Below are positions 23,801 through 35,970 of a stretch of DNA of 64,000 nucleotides, piece after piece (the stretch's first letter is position 1; every line of letters starts with the position of its first letter). The stretch spans positions 59,024,001-59,088,000 of the forward strand of contig OZ024745.1 in assembly GCA_964016885.1 (NCBI GenBank), written 5' to 3'. This stretch comes from Eledone cirrhosa. Lineage: Eukaryota. The position numbers were made by a program, and so were the translations under genes. The notes under the pieces are model-generated. The model ran no database searches and was not told the DNA's origin. It was given only the letters and a program-made list of their open reading frames with translations.

Positions 23801-25005
23801 ATTGGGTTACAACAGCATTTTTCTTTCTTGAATGATCGACAAGATCCCAGACCTCATTCGCTTGCCAAGTGAGGTGGATCTTGTCAAATCAAACCAAGGA
23901 AACTTTTGTTTTCATTGGTCTTTCCATTGCTGATACTATCTACCAGTTGCAACTCCTGGCAGAAGGAGCAACGTGAAATAAAGTGTCTTACTCAAGGATA
24001 CAACGCATCACCTAGTCTGAGAATTGAATTCGCAACTTCACGATTGTGAATCCAACTCTCTAACCACTAAGCCACGTGCTTACTAAATAACTACAGCATT
24101 AAAAAGGTAGGAAAAATGAAACCATTAAAATTTGGTATTTGAAACGATTTAAGAATTGATTTATTTTATTTCATTTTGATGGTGAGGTGGCAGAGTTGTT
24201 AGGACGTCAGATATAATGCTTTGCAGTCTTTGTTCCAGTCCTCTGCGCTATGAGTTCAAATCCTGCCAAGTTCAACTTTGCCTTTCATCCTTTTGAGATT
24301 GATAAAAAAAAGCACCAGTCAAATACCAGGGTTGATTTTTTTTTTTTCAGATTTCTTTCTCATTCCCCTTCCCCAGAAGAAATCAGCTGTGTTTAGACTT
24401 GAAGAGGGGATGGGCTCCACCAGGTTTAAAATGCCCAAGGCACACTCTGTCACTATGGTTCCTTACAACTCCATCAGGAGTTACAGGTCCATACATACAT
24501 TTATTTTAAGATGGATTTTATTAAATATCTTACCTATATTTTTATATTAATTTCTTTTCATTTTTACATTCAGACGTTATACGCACAATTATCTGCTGGT
24601 GGTTACATAGTTGAAGACAGCGAGCAATTTGAAAAAGAAGTAGAGACTATTGTTAAAGCAGAATTACCAACCCTCGAACAGGCAGACATAGACCAACAAC
24701 TGAATAACTTCACTGTGTGGGCCAAAGAAAGAAGTTGCCTGTTACAAGAACAAATTGATTCTTACAAGAAAGCAGAAAAACAGAAAGAGATTGAACTCAA
24801 ATTATTGGAGATTCAGGAGAAGGAAGAAATTCTGACGTTCTTTGAAACAAAGCATAAAATGCAACTTGCTGTTCAAATTGGTGAGAAAAAAGAGAAAAAT
24901 AAAAAAATGTCTCTTGCAAATAAGAAAGTTGATACAGATGAGCTTGATTTTGATGAAAAACAATTTAAAAAGGTGAAAGACCCAACTAAAAAGAAGAAAC
25001 GATGA
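14763..25005 (+). CDS. MRPS27: Mitochondrial small ribosomal subunit protein mS27 (PPR-containing), 10 coding exons, ~496 aa
   Basis: Exons 14763-14844, 17002-17088, 18648-18718, 19322-19386, 19943-20057, 21087-21165, 21543-21706, 22685-22930, 23237-23386, 24574-25005. All introns are GT-AG with consistent phases; total 1491 nt. Motifs RHLLSDAY..W, VYRFRHS, YGIFPD.PTSNILMDHFIK, YEMMFQEDF and PYYDDHFDI..LLLGKTL are typical of mS27. N-terminus resembles a mitochondrial presequence. Confidence 0.93.
17002..17088 (+). CDS. MRPS27: MRPS27 exon 2
   Basis: ttgcag acceptor, gtatgt donor; CRHLLSDAYQCQSVWDERMNSPEL. Confidence 0.9.
17336..18227. repeat. Inverted duplication in MRPS27 intron 2 (arms ~17336-17527 and ~17995-18227)
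   Basis: e.g. CAAATCACCAACACTACGGAGGTTGTC / GACAACCTCCGTAGTGTTGGTGATTTG and GATGCCAACCTTGTCAA / TTGACAAGGTTGGCATC. Confidence 0.85.
18648..18718 (+). CDS. MRPS27: MRPS27 exon 3
   Basis: ttgcag / gtaagt; DFLFNLFDKAEKEKNVSFVDIDI. Confidence 0.88.
19322..19386 (+). CDS. MRPS27: MRPS27 exon 4
   Basis: ttatag / gtaagc; LANKIAELEATDLQKVERLVYR. Confidence 0.88.
19943..20057 (+). CDS. MRPS27: MRPS27 exon 5
   Basis: aacag / gtaagt; FRHSVEAGKVTDSLATSLARGYIKLG. Confidence 0.9.
21087..21165 (+). CDS. MRPS27: MRPS27 exon 6
   Basis: caacag / gtaagc; NGYGIFPDFPTSNILMDHFIKMEKYD. Confidence 0.92.
21543..21706 (+). CDS. MRPS27: MRPS27 exon 7
   Basis: aacag / gtacat; AAEIAYEMMFQEDFSHRSTLLLSLYSC. Confidence 0.9.
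21945..22400 (+). mobile_element. SINE/RTE-tail element with ~7 tandem 48-bp modules (MRPS27 intron 7)
   Basis: Repeated GGTGCCAC..AAAAAGCACC..GTCCAC..TAAGGT followed by the GGCATCCAGCTGTAGAAAA tail. Confidence 0.75.
22685..22930 (+). CDS. MRPS27: MRPS27 exon 8
   Basis: ctttag / gtaagt; WVKVKYMNKPYYDDHFDITEPNLLLGKTL. Confidence 0.92.
23237..23386 (+). CDS. MRPS27: MRPS27 exon 9
   Basis: ttctag / gttttg; 150 nt open, phase 0-0; LEKFQECLEFCQVKDPK. Confidence 0.82.
24574..25005 (+). CDS. MRPS27: MRPS27 exon 10 (terminal)
   Basis: attcag acceptor; coiled-coil WAKER..LQEQI..IQEKEEILTFFE; ends in TGA at 25003-25005. Confidence 0.9.
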   Translation, partial: TLYAQLSAGGYIVEDSEQFEKEVETIVKAELPTLEQADIDQQLNNFTVWAKERSCLLQEQIDSYKKAEKQKEIELKLLEIQEKEEILTFFETKHKMQLAVQIGEKKEKNKKMSLANKKVDTDELDFDEKQFKKVKDPTKKKKR

Positions 25006-25063
25006 AGTACATAGTATTTTCTTTTATTTCTTAAGATTATTTTCCCTTGTTCAAAGTTTTACA

Positions 25064-25069
25064 AATAAA
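25064..25069 (+). terminator. Candidate polyadenylation signal of MRPS27
   Basis: AATAAA ~60 nt after the stop, followed by T/GT-rich sequence. Confidence 0.6.
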
Positions 25070-25104
25070 AAAAATTAAAATTATTAGTTTTATTTCTGAT
25101 TGGT

Positions 25105-25310
25105 GGGTGAAGAAGTGGAAGGGAACTACAGTAGAGGGAGGCTAAGGAAGACCTGGGCAGAGACTGTGAAAGCTGATTTCAAATTACTGAAGCTCACAGT
25201 CGAGTTGAGAAGGACCATGAGGTGTTGAGGAATGTTGTGCTGGAAAAAATACCTGTTCAACCCAAGCAAGCATGGAAAAACATGGCAATGATGATGATGA
25301 TGATGATGGC
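25105..25310 (+). mobile_element. Old RTE LINE 3' end
   Basis: GRLRKTWAETVKADFKLLKL, then AACCCAAGCAAGCATGGAAAA-(GAT)n. Confidence 0.75.
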
Positions 25311-27261
25311 CATGGTAGTGGTGGAGATTTGTCTCCTAGAAATTAAAAAAAGGTGTGTATGTATATTCCTGGTGAACTTCTGATAAGTTGTTGGACCTAC
25401 ATGGTTTCTGATGATAAATAACAGTTCTCAGGGAGATTCAACATGAAACATTGGATGGAGACACGGGTGGCCTTGCTTCTTGTATTACTGATACAACTCA
25501 TTTTTGCCAGCTATGTAGACTGGAGCAATTTGAAATAAAGTGTCTTGTTCAAGGACACAAGATTCTTTGTCCAGGAATTAAACTCACGACCCTATAATCT
25601 TGAACCCAGCACTAAGCTACATACTTCTCATACATAACTATGCTATGGAATATTCTTTTTCATTTATAAGCATAGTTGTGTGTTTGAAACTTTCTTTTTA
25701 CTGCCTCATTGTTCTGGGTTCAAGCACACCATGTGACTTTGTAGGTAGAATTTGATAGATGGAAACTGTGTGTAAACCTATTATATGTGTGTGTGATTCT
25801 GTGCTTCTAGCCAGTGTGTCAAGATGTGTTCCTGTGTGTCAAATTTAACAATTTCATATAAATAAGTACTGGAGTTGATATAATTGACCAAAAGTATTGA
25901 AGACAGTGTTCCAACATGGCTACAGTGTAATGTCTAAAATAGTATACTCAAGCCATTGAAGGACCTCTACATGGTTCGGCAACTTGTTAGAAATAGCAGC
26001 TAAATCTCCCTCAAATCACACGCATCTTACAATAGGAAGGATATTGGTTACTTCTATCCTACATATACTATGCTTTAAAATAAATGGAGTAATTGTGGTT
26101 TGAATGCCTTTAATCATATGTCTATCCAATATCACTCACAGAGCTTGAGTTCATCTGAAGCTATAGTAAAAGGCACTTTGTCAAGATTCTGTACAGAGCG
26201 ATCAAACCTAAGGCCTCATGGTTGTAAAGCAACTTTAATCATTTAGCCATCCTGCATTATTCAGACATATAAGAAAACATACATATTCATTTGTTGTGGC
26301 TGCCAAAGTCTCACACCAACATCTAAGGATATCAGTCCAACCTGCATCCTACTACTATTAACATACAAACCATGATAATGAAAATTATTGTGTACCGTGC
26401 TCAGGTGCAGTATTCTTTTGTGAGACAAATCTCTCATCATATATCTAACTCATCTCTGCTCTCCAGACTACTCTTTATATCTGAATGTTCTTCTAAAAGC
26501 TGGTGTCTGTATTTAGAGAATTAATTCTACACTTGATATTCCCCCTCTATACACACGCTCACATATATCAGTGTATATATCATGACTCATACACTGTTCA
26601 CTTTCCTGACATTTGTACATTATTCTATGTACTATACATGCACCTTTGATGAGTTGTAGTGCACCTGAGCACTGTACACAATAATTTTCATTATTAGGCC
26701 CTTGCCATTCTGAGTTCAAATCCCGCCAAGGTTAACTTTGCCTTTCATCCTTACGGGGTCGATAAAATAAAGTACCAGTAATACACTGGGTAATTGCTGG
26801 CCTTGTGCCTAATGTAGAAACAATTATTATTATTATCATAGGTGCACATGTCTGTGGAATGCTCAGGCACTTACACAAATTTTATAAACAATCAGTTCCA
26901 TTGTTTGAATCAACGGGAGCACTCATTGCTGGAAATGATGGAGGCTCAACAATAACAACAACATATATGTATATATGAGGAGTGAACTAAGCCTTTTGAA
27001 CCTGACTCAATGCATGCAACTGAAATATATCAACTGATAGCAGAGAATGTAACGACCTAAAATAACTTAGGGAGTAGGCTTCAATGTGACCACACAACCT
27101 AATAAAGGTAGCAACCAAACCTTTCTCAAATCATACACAACCATCTTAAAAATTGGACCAGAATAGACAATGTCTCAGAAAAGATGGAATGGTTTTGATC
27201 CAAAGTTCTACTCAATTATGGTTGACTTGGAACTCAACAACAATAATTAACTATGAACTAT

Positions 27262-27580
27262 ACACCCCCCACCCACATCAACACCCCCCCCTTCTCTGTA
27301 AAGTTATGTTGGTACCACAACATCCCGTCCTAAATAAATGAGGTCATGTAGGTGTCACGACAAAAAAACACACAGTCCATGCTGTAATGTAGCCGTGTAG
27401 GTAACACGGTAAAAACCTCCCAGTCCACACTGTAAACGTGGTTGGTGTTAGGAAGGGCATCCAGCCGTAGAAAACCTGCCAGACAGTCCTATACGAGCAA
27501 GACAACCAATCTTGCCTCAAGTGGGACAATTCCCATCTAAACCCATGTTAGCATGGAAGATAGACGTTAAACGATGATGA
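27262..27580 (+). mobile_element. Solo copy of the RTE 3' UTR module, starting at the C-rich tract
   Basis: Aligns closely with 5940-6265. Confidence 0.85.
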
Positions 27581-27599
27581 ACATAAATAGCATTCCTCT

Positions 27600-27980
27600 T
27601 CATCTTCTTCCTTGCTCACTTATTCAGGCAAGAGAGATGAATCCCCAAACACCCCTTCCAGCAAATCTTCTCAGAAGCAACTGTCTCCAATTGATTCGAC
27701 AGGATTCCTAAGTAAACCAGCCAAGCTCATGGATGTTATCCAACCATCTTGCTCAAGGTCTACCTCTGGGGTCTCCTTCCTGATGGTTGATTTTGCCCAT
27801 AAAATCTGTCCAGTGATTCTTTCCTGAGACATTCTAACTGCATGTCTGTAATATCGTAGCTGTGATCTCTCAATTCAAAGAAATATTGGCTCTACCTGGA
27901 TTAACTCTGATCTTCGAGCTACATACTCTATTGAGAAACGTAACTCCAAAGACCCTTCAGAGAACCCCATTTCTGCCCCT
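27600..27980 (-). mobile_element. RTE-like LINE 3' fragment, (GAA)n-tailed family
   Basis: Homologous to 34970-35240 and 38460-39110; GRPQR.TLSKMVG-type C-terminal relic. Confidence 0.65.
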
Positions 27981-30044
27981 TTTAAATAGAAAAAAATTAA
28001 ATTCAAAGGTATTTTAAAATCCTTCTTGAATTTTTTTTACATCTTTATTGATTAAAAAAAGACGTTTAAATGAGCTGCTGCTTCTGTACATTGAACAAAA
28101 ATTTGATTTAGAAATTTACAAAATCCTTGTTTTGTTCCAAACTAATATTTAAGGGTTGAATAATGGTATGGTTAAGAAAAGATCTAATAAAAAATATTAG
28201 CAATATAAAGTTGCAAACAATTGATATATGTATTGAGAAAACAAGAGTTTATACCATTATCCAACCATTAAGAAAAATCAAATGTCAATTTAAGTTATCA
28301 AAACAAATGCACATTTTTAAAAAATAGTTTTTAGATATTCATTTTTGAATAGAAAGTATCACAGGAATACATTATCCAAAATTAAAGTAGGCGCAATCAT
28401 GGAAACTTGAACTTAAAACAGGAGTCAATCAAAATAATATGAGACTAAATATATATAACTCATACATACAAGCTGGTAATAATGAAATTGGTGAGAAAGT
28501 ATATTTATTTCATTTATAAAGTCTATAACATATTTTCCATTCATCATCATCTTTTAACGTCTATCTTCCACGCTAGCATGGGTTTAGACAGGGTTCATAT
28601 GTACCAACTTTGTTTGACTATAAATGTTATAACCAGTGAAATTGTGTCAATGCCTTAAGTTAATTTTTACTTTTCTTTTCTCCTTTTTTTTTGTGGTCAA
28701 AAAGAAAGTGGTGAGACTTACTTAAGGAATGTGCCACAGTCAGTAAGTTAGGTTAAAAGAGATCATATAAATAACAGCTGCTGGAAAATGAAAATGTTTA
28801 GTTTCTCGGTTGTTTTCATTTTTTGTACAGCTATTATGAGAAATTTGATTACAATTTTAAATAAATTAATTTAAAGATCAATTAAGTTATGATTGCAGGA
28901 ACAATGCAGCTGTTACATTGACAGTACAATTAATAAATAAAGTTATATTTTTAGCATGTTATTTCAGTTATTTAGCATGTTATTTCAGAATCCCAGTAAA
29001 TAAATTACTATATTATTGCCTTGCACAAGAAAGTATTTTAGCAGTAAAGTGGTTCAAACTGGGAATCAGAACCAAAATAATTGTTTCTACTTTTGGCACA
29101 AGGCCAGCAATTATCTCAGTGTATTACTGGCACTTTATTTTATCGACCCCTTAAGGATAAAAGGTAAAGTTAACCTCGGCGGGATTTGAACTCAGACCAT
29201 AAAGGGATGTAACTATGCTGGTAAGCATGTCCGACCCTCTACTGATACTGCCAATTCACTGCTAATCAGAATCAAAATAATGATTGTTTCTAACATAGGT
29301 AGAAAGCCAGAAATTTTCTGATAGGGTTTACATGATTAAATCAACCATTCATTGTATTTGATTGGTATTTTATTTTATCAACCTCAGAAGTGTAAAAGGC
29401 AAAGTTGACCTTGGTGGGAATTGATCTCAGAAAATAAAGAACCAGAACAAATATTACTATCCACCTCACCCATAATAATAATAATAATCTTTCAAGAATT
29501 TATTTTAAATATTTCATGCGTATCATAAGGAATATTTTTTTTAAAGTTAGCAATAATAACCAGACTCTGTGAAACTCAACTATTATGACATTGAGCTTAG
29601 CTGCCATAAACCAGATCCAATAGAACAAAACATTGTTGGATCCATCATCCCTAATATTGAGCATTAGATCAAATAATTATTATAACAATAGTTCTTCTCA
29701 GCTGCAGAAGAACATTTTAAAACCCAAGTAAAGTGACAGCTATTATAACTGTTGACACAGTATCTCCGAGATATAGATGGAGAAAAGAACCATTAGATAT
29801 GAAAACTAGCATCACTAACATAGTTTTCAATGAAATAAAGGAAACTACAGCAGAAAGATTCTCATTGCTATTGTTGTCAGAAGTTTCTGTGAATTGTCTT
29901 ACTACTATTTTCAAGCTTTTAAAATTTGTTTTGGTCTCACAAACAACAAACACAATTTTCCAAACCCTTTGTTGGTTTTTGTTGATTTAAGAAGTAATGG
30001 AAATATTTCATATAGACAAAAAAAAAATAATAATAACAATTATT

Positions 30045-30565
30045 TCACCACAAAAAAGCACCTAATCCACCATGTAAGGCGATCATACTGGTGACACAAC
30101 AAAAAGCACCCAGTCTACCATGTAAAGTGATCATACTGGTGACAATAAAAAGCACCCAGTATACCTTGTACGGTGGTAATACTGGTGACACAATAAAAAG
30201 CACCCATTCTACCTTGTACGATGGTAATGCTGGTGATACAACAAAAAGCACCCAATCTACCTTGTACAGTGGTAATGCCGGTGACACAACAAAAAGCACC
30301 CAGTCTACCTTGTATGGTGGTAATACTGGTGACATAACAAAAAGCTCCCATTCTACCTTGTACGATGGTAGTGCTGGTGAAACAAAATAAAAAGCTCCCA
30401 GTACACATTGTAATGTGGTTGGTGCTAGGAAGAGCATTCAACTGTAGAAAACCAAGCCAAAAATGGATTATATAAGCAGGACATGGTCACCTGACCTGTC
30501 TAACCTCATAATGTGATATCACATCTAACCCATGCAATCATGGAAAATAGATGTTAAACGGTGAC
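30045..30565 (+). repeat. 48-bp module array (~8 units) plus RTE-type tail
   Basis: Units start at 30091, 30139, 30185, 30233, 30281, 30329, 30377. Confidence 0.88.
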
Positions 30566-30809
30566 AATCATGATATATGATGGTTTCTGATGTAGGCATA
30601 AAGCCAACAATTTTGGGGGAGGTGAAAATCAATTAAATCAAGCCCAGTACTTGACTGCTACTTTATTTTATTGACTCTGGATTACATCAAATATTGTCCT
30701 TTCAAAAAATATGGTTGTCAAACGTCCACTGATGCGAACATAGAAAGATCTTTTGCCAAGCAAAATAATTGACTGGACAAGCTTAAATGATGAGATTACA
30801 CATGAAATG

Positions 30810-30993
30810 AAACTCGACAATATCAGATGATATAGAGACAGAAATTACATCATGTGAAACTCTACAATATCAGATGATATAGAGACAGAAATTACATCAT
30901 GTGAAACTCTACAATATCAGATGATATAGAGACAGAAATCAAGTCATGTGAAACACAACAATATCAGATGATATAGAGACAGAAATCACATCA
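30810..30993. repeat. 47-bp minisatellite, ~4 copies
   Basis: Unit GAAACTCTACAATATCAGATGATATAGAGACAGAAATTACATCATGT. Confidence 0.9.
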
Positions 30994-33259
30994 AACAAGA
31001 CAATACTGGTATCTTGAATGATGCTATCTATGCACTCAAACTCCATGTAAAAACAAACCATCAGTCTATCACTCATGACTTGTACTTAAAAAAGATTTTG
31101 CATTAGTATTCCAATAGAGTCAGACAAATATAAAATTATTGTGGTATTGGAATATAAGTCGAATGTCCTTGATCTAGAGCTCTAGTCAGTGTGCTCTTTT
31201 TAAAATGTTGATGCTGAAGTAACTGGACCACTTAAAATGTATGGGAGGGAAGAGTGGGTAGTTATGTCTCATTATTTCATACGGATGCCATGCTTTGCAG
31301 CATAGAGTTACGACCCTTGCCATTCTGAGTTCAAATCCCACCGAGGTTAACTTTGCCTTTCATCCTTATGGGGTCAATAAAATAAAGCACCAGTAATGCA
31401 CTGGGTAATTGCTGGCCTTGTGCCAAAAGTAGAAACAATTATTTCACACAGAGCAGTAAGCTTGCACCAATAACAACCTAAAGTGGACTAAACAGTAATT
31501 TTTTTTTAGTTTGATTTGAAAAATAATAGAAAGATTTCAAATAAACATGAAACAATAATTATTACTAACTTCCTATTAGAGAAATATATATTATACAGAG
31601 GGAGACAAGTTATCCTGGACTTTTTATGGCATCTGTGTTTATACCTTGTGACTGATGACAACTTTATCTTAACAGTTCTAATGTATGTATTGACCTGTAA
31701 CTCCTGATAGGGTCATAGAGGTACTGTAATGAAATATGGGTGTTTTTAAATTTGGTGGAGACAATCCCCCCTTCATGTTTAAACACAGCTGATTCTTTTT
31801 TTTTTCCAGAGAAGGGGAGAGAGAGAAGAAGTGAGAAAGAGATATTGATAAAGAATCAACCTAGTATTGGACTGGTACTTTTTTATTGATCCAGAATGGA
31901 TGAAAAGCAGAACTGACCATGGTGTTTTTGAACTCAGAGAGCCAGAACGAATAATGCAAATCATTCTATCTGACATTCTAATGATCCTACCATTTTGTCA
32001 GTTATAAGAATTTTAATATACAATATCAAACCAATGAAGTGTACCCTTTCATCCACAGAGTTGGGTTTGTTCCCAATATGTTGGCATAGCATAAATAGTA
32101 TTTCTGTAGTGTAGTTAACTGAGTGCAACAGTACAGCTCAATTGACAAACTTGATATACATAAAATGAGTGAAGAAAAAAAAAGCTATTGAATACAAACA
32201 TAATGGTTGGTCTTCTGGAACACCTGAAGTAAGGTTAATTAATCAAAGATATCTCATGGAATATCTAGAGGTTAATGATTTAGAAATAAGTTAAAAGGTG
32301 AAAAAATGCATGACTCACCTGAGTTAAGTTAAACAACAAAACAAAAGGATCACTGGAGTCAACTCTATGGGAATTGTAATATAATATTCCTTTCGTTTGA
32401 GATCTGTAACTCCTGGTGGAGTTGTAGGAGCTCTATGGTGACATATAGTGCTTCTTGGGCAATTTAAACCAGGGTGAGCCTATTCCCTCTCCAAGTCTGA
32501 ACCCAGCCAATTTCTTACAGAGAGAGAGGGAGGGGGGTGAAATGGATATAGAAGAAACGACTCCAGTACTGGACTGGTACATTTTTTTATCTAACTCAAA
32601 AGGATTTGAACTCAGAGAAGGTAGAGAGCTGGAATGAATACTGCAAAACATTCTATCTGTCATTCAATGACTCTGCCAATTTGCTGCCTTAATATAACAT
32701 TAATAAGCCCAAATATATAATTTAGGAGGGAAAACACTGTATTGTATTATATGAAAAGAGTAGCAAGTTTATAGCTCATAGATAATCCATACAATAGAAT
32801 ATTTCTGCAATAATTGGAACATAATCAATAAAATCATACTAGTCTTATAAAAGGAATAAGAATCCTCAACAAATATCTTCAATGAAGAAACCTCTAAGTG
32901 GACACTCAACCTGGTAGAAGTCACAGCCTATTTCCCCTCTCTTAAACAAGGATGGACTCATTAGATAATGTATTCTTATATACCTTGGAAAAAATGTGAT
33001 GGTAACAGCTAGATTACCTTTTATTATAGTTTTTTTTTTTTCCAAATATGGCTGACCTGTTAAACAATAACAATGATGATGGCTATAAATACCAAAATGG
33101 AATATCTCAAAAACCAAATGTAACAGATATTAGTTGTGATGGAAATATCAAAAGAAGATAGAATTTAAAAATGAACATAAATGGAATTATTTTTCATGAC
33201 CAAAATAGACACAGTAAAACCTTTGAAAATGATTACTTCTTTTAATATTTCCTATAAGA

Positions 33260-34683
33260 TGGGCAGTGGAGCATCGAACTTTATGCTTTATGGCATAGAG
33301 TTACATCCCTTTGCAATCTGAGTTCAAATCCTGCTGAGGTTAGCTCTGCCTTTCATCCTTAAGGGGTCGATAAAATAAAGTACCAGCAATGCACTGGGGT
33401 CAATTTAATCGACTTTCTCTCTCCCACTAAAATTGTTGGCCTTGTGCTTAAATCAGAAACCAATATTTCCTATAAGATATTCTTGAAATTTACTATTAGT
33501 AGTCCTTTATTTTATTGTTATAAATTATTCTAAAAGAGAATATTCTACTACATGTACTAATTTTCTGTGTGCATATGACCTTTTATTTATTTATTATCAT
33601 CATTATTATTGGTGGATTGACAGTATCGGTAGAGGGTCGGACGCCATGCTTTGACGCATAGAGTAATGGCCCTTGCAATTCTGAGTTCAAATCCCGCCGA
33701 GGTTAACTTTGCCTTTCATTCTTACGGGTCGATAAAATAAAGTACCAGTAATGCGCTGAGTAATTGCTGGCCTTGTGCCAAAAAGTAGAAACAATTATTA
33801 TTATAACCATTATTATTATGGCAGTGGATTGTCAGAGCCATAGGCATGTGAGATAAATGCTTAGCAGTATTTTTTCTAACTCTTTACATTCTGAGTTCAA
33901 ATCTCACCGAGGGTAATTTTGCCTTTCATCCCTTTGGGAGTCAATAAAATAAAGTACCAGTCAAGTACTGTCGTTGACTTAATTGACTTTCATCTCACCC
34001 CAAATAACTGGTCTTGTACCCAAAGTAGAAATCATTATTATGGCAGTATTTTGGCAGTGGATTGGCAGTATCGGTAGAGGGTCGGACGCCATGCTTTCCA
34101 GCATGGTTACGTCTCTTTACGATCTGAGTTCAAATCCCGCCGAGGTTGACTTTGCCTTTCATCCTTACGGGGTCGATAAAATAAAGTACCAGTAATGTAC
34201 TGGGTAATTGCTGGCCTTGTGCCTAAAGTAGAAACAATTATTATGGCAGTATTGGCAGAGCATCTGACAAAATACTTTGCAGTATTTAGTTAAGACTTTC
34301 TACATTCCAATTTCAAATTCTACTGAGGTCATCTTTGCCTTTCATCCTTAAGGAGTTGATAAAATAAAGTACTAGTAATGCACTGGAATTGATTTAATTG
34401 ACCCTCTCCCCCAAATTGCTGGCCTTGTGCCTAAATCAGAAATCATTATAAGAGCAGTAGATTGGCAGTATCGGTCGTGTGTTGGATAACATGCTTTGTG
34501 GCATAGAGTTACAGCCCTTTACGTTCTGCAATCAAATCCCGCCGAGGTAAGCTTTGCCTTTCATCCTTGTGGGGTCGATAAAATAAAGTACCAGTCACAC
34601 ACTGGCGTCGATTTAATTGACTTTTCCCTCCCCTAAAATTGCTGGCCTTGTGCCTAAATCAGAAATCAGAAACCATTATTATT
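33260..34683 (+). mobile_element. Cluster of ~6 head-to-tail family A SINEs
   Basis: Repeated B-box + core + (TTA)n tails. Confidence 0.88.
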
Positions 34684-34964
34684 AAGGCTATTGTGAAATA
34701 TGGCAAGATTTCTATAATGAATTTTGTGATATTTAAAATAATGAATCTCTTGATAAAGCAAAAACAAAAATATGCAAAACAGTATAGTGAGGAAGAGCAT
34801 CAACTATATTAACAGAACCAACATATCTCATAATGGTAAGATTTAATCCTTTTCATATCAAAGACTGATTTAAGGTTCATGATATAAAACTACCCATTTT
34901 AAAAAAGTTCATATTTAAATTAAAACTACTATTATAATTTTAACTCAGAATACTTTGTTATGTT

Positions 34965-35970
34965 ATTGTTGTTCTTCTTCTTCACTCACTTATTCCAAAG
35001 AAAGGTGTAGGGGGCAGACTCTTCAGTCATGCCTTCCAGAGGATCCTATCAGAAGCAATCATCTCCAAGTGAAACTAACCAAGCTTACGGATGTTATCCA
35101 ACCATCTTGCTAATGGTTTACCTCTGGGTTTCTTGCTGGTTGGGTTTGCTTATAAAATCTGTCCTGCAATTCTTTCCTAAGACAGTTTAATTACATGTAT
35201 GTAATGTTACTCCAGAGACCCTACAGTTGAACCCCATTTTACTCGAAAGTAGCACAGAGGAGACTGAGATTAGCTGGACATGTTCACCGACATTCAGAGT
35301 TGACTCTGCACTCAGTGGTCCTGTGGGAGCCCCTACACAGATACACTAGAAGAGGGAGACCAAAGATGACATATATTGATGCCCTAAGGACAGACACTGG
35401 TCTCTGGGAGATGCTGGACATGGCAGTGATGATGAAGGACAGAGACTGCTGGAGAGAACTCGTCCATGGATCTCAAGAATTTTACAACCCTAGTTAGATA
35501 GATTTTCTTGGTCATTAACTAAGATTCATGATCATAGGTAAAGGTAGGTACAAACACTGAATTGGCTTTTCCACCTACCTTCCTTCTTTTGAAGGTGAGT
35601 GCTAATTTACTCATAAAAACAGTCCCAAGATACTTGAACTCTTCTAATTGAGTAACTCCACTCACATTCAAAGTGCACTGCACAGGCTTTCTCAAAGGGA
35701 TAAATGTCTTGGTCTTTAAAGCATTGATTTTCATTTCTGCTTTGCAGCATTCATCAGTAAACTTATCCAGTATATACTGGAGATTACTTTCTGATAAATT
35801 AAGTTCCACCATGTTGTCTACAAATATCAGCTGAATGATCTTACACCCTAGATGCACATGTCGATCCTATTCATGAAGATTATAAATAGAAGAGGTGACA
35901 ATATGCACCTCTGGTGGCGTCCAACACTCACATTGAATGGTTTTGATTTAGCATTATTTATCGAAACACA
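34965..35970 (-). mobile_element. RTE-like LINE relic interrupted by a second LINE fragment (+, ~35240-35500)
   Basis: Minus strand: LIFVDNMV, MKINALKTK, LEEFKYLG, VFVPTFTYDHES. Plus insert: RRLRLAGHVHRH, VLWEP, RGRPKMTYID. Confidence 0.8.

Noticed and set aside
29717-29990. Overlapping 78-85 aa ORFs on both strands
   Set aside because: No recognisable motif or splice signals; a length expected by chance.
30045-30441. ORFs with 16-aa repeats (TTKSTQSTLYGGNAGD), superficially like an ice-nucleation or surface protein
   Set aside because: By-product of the 48-bp retroposon module array; no splice context.
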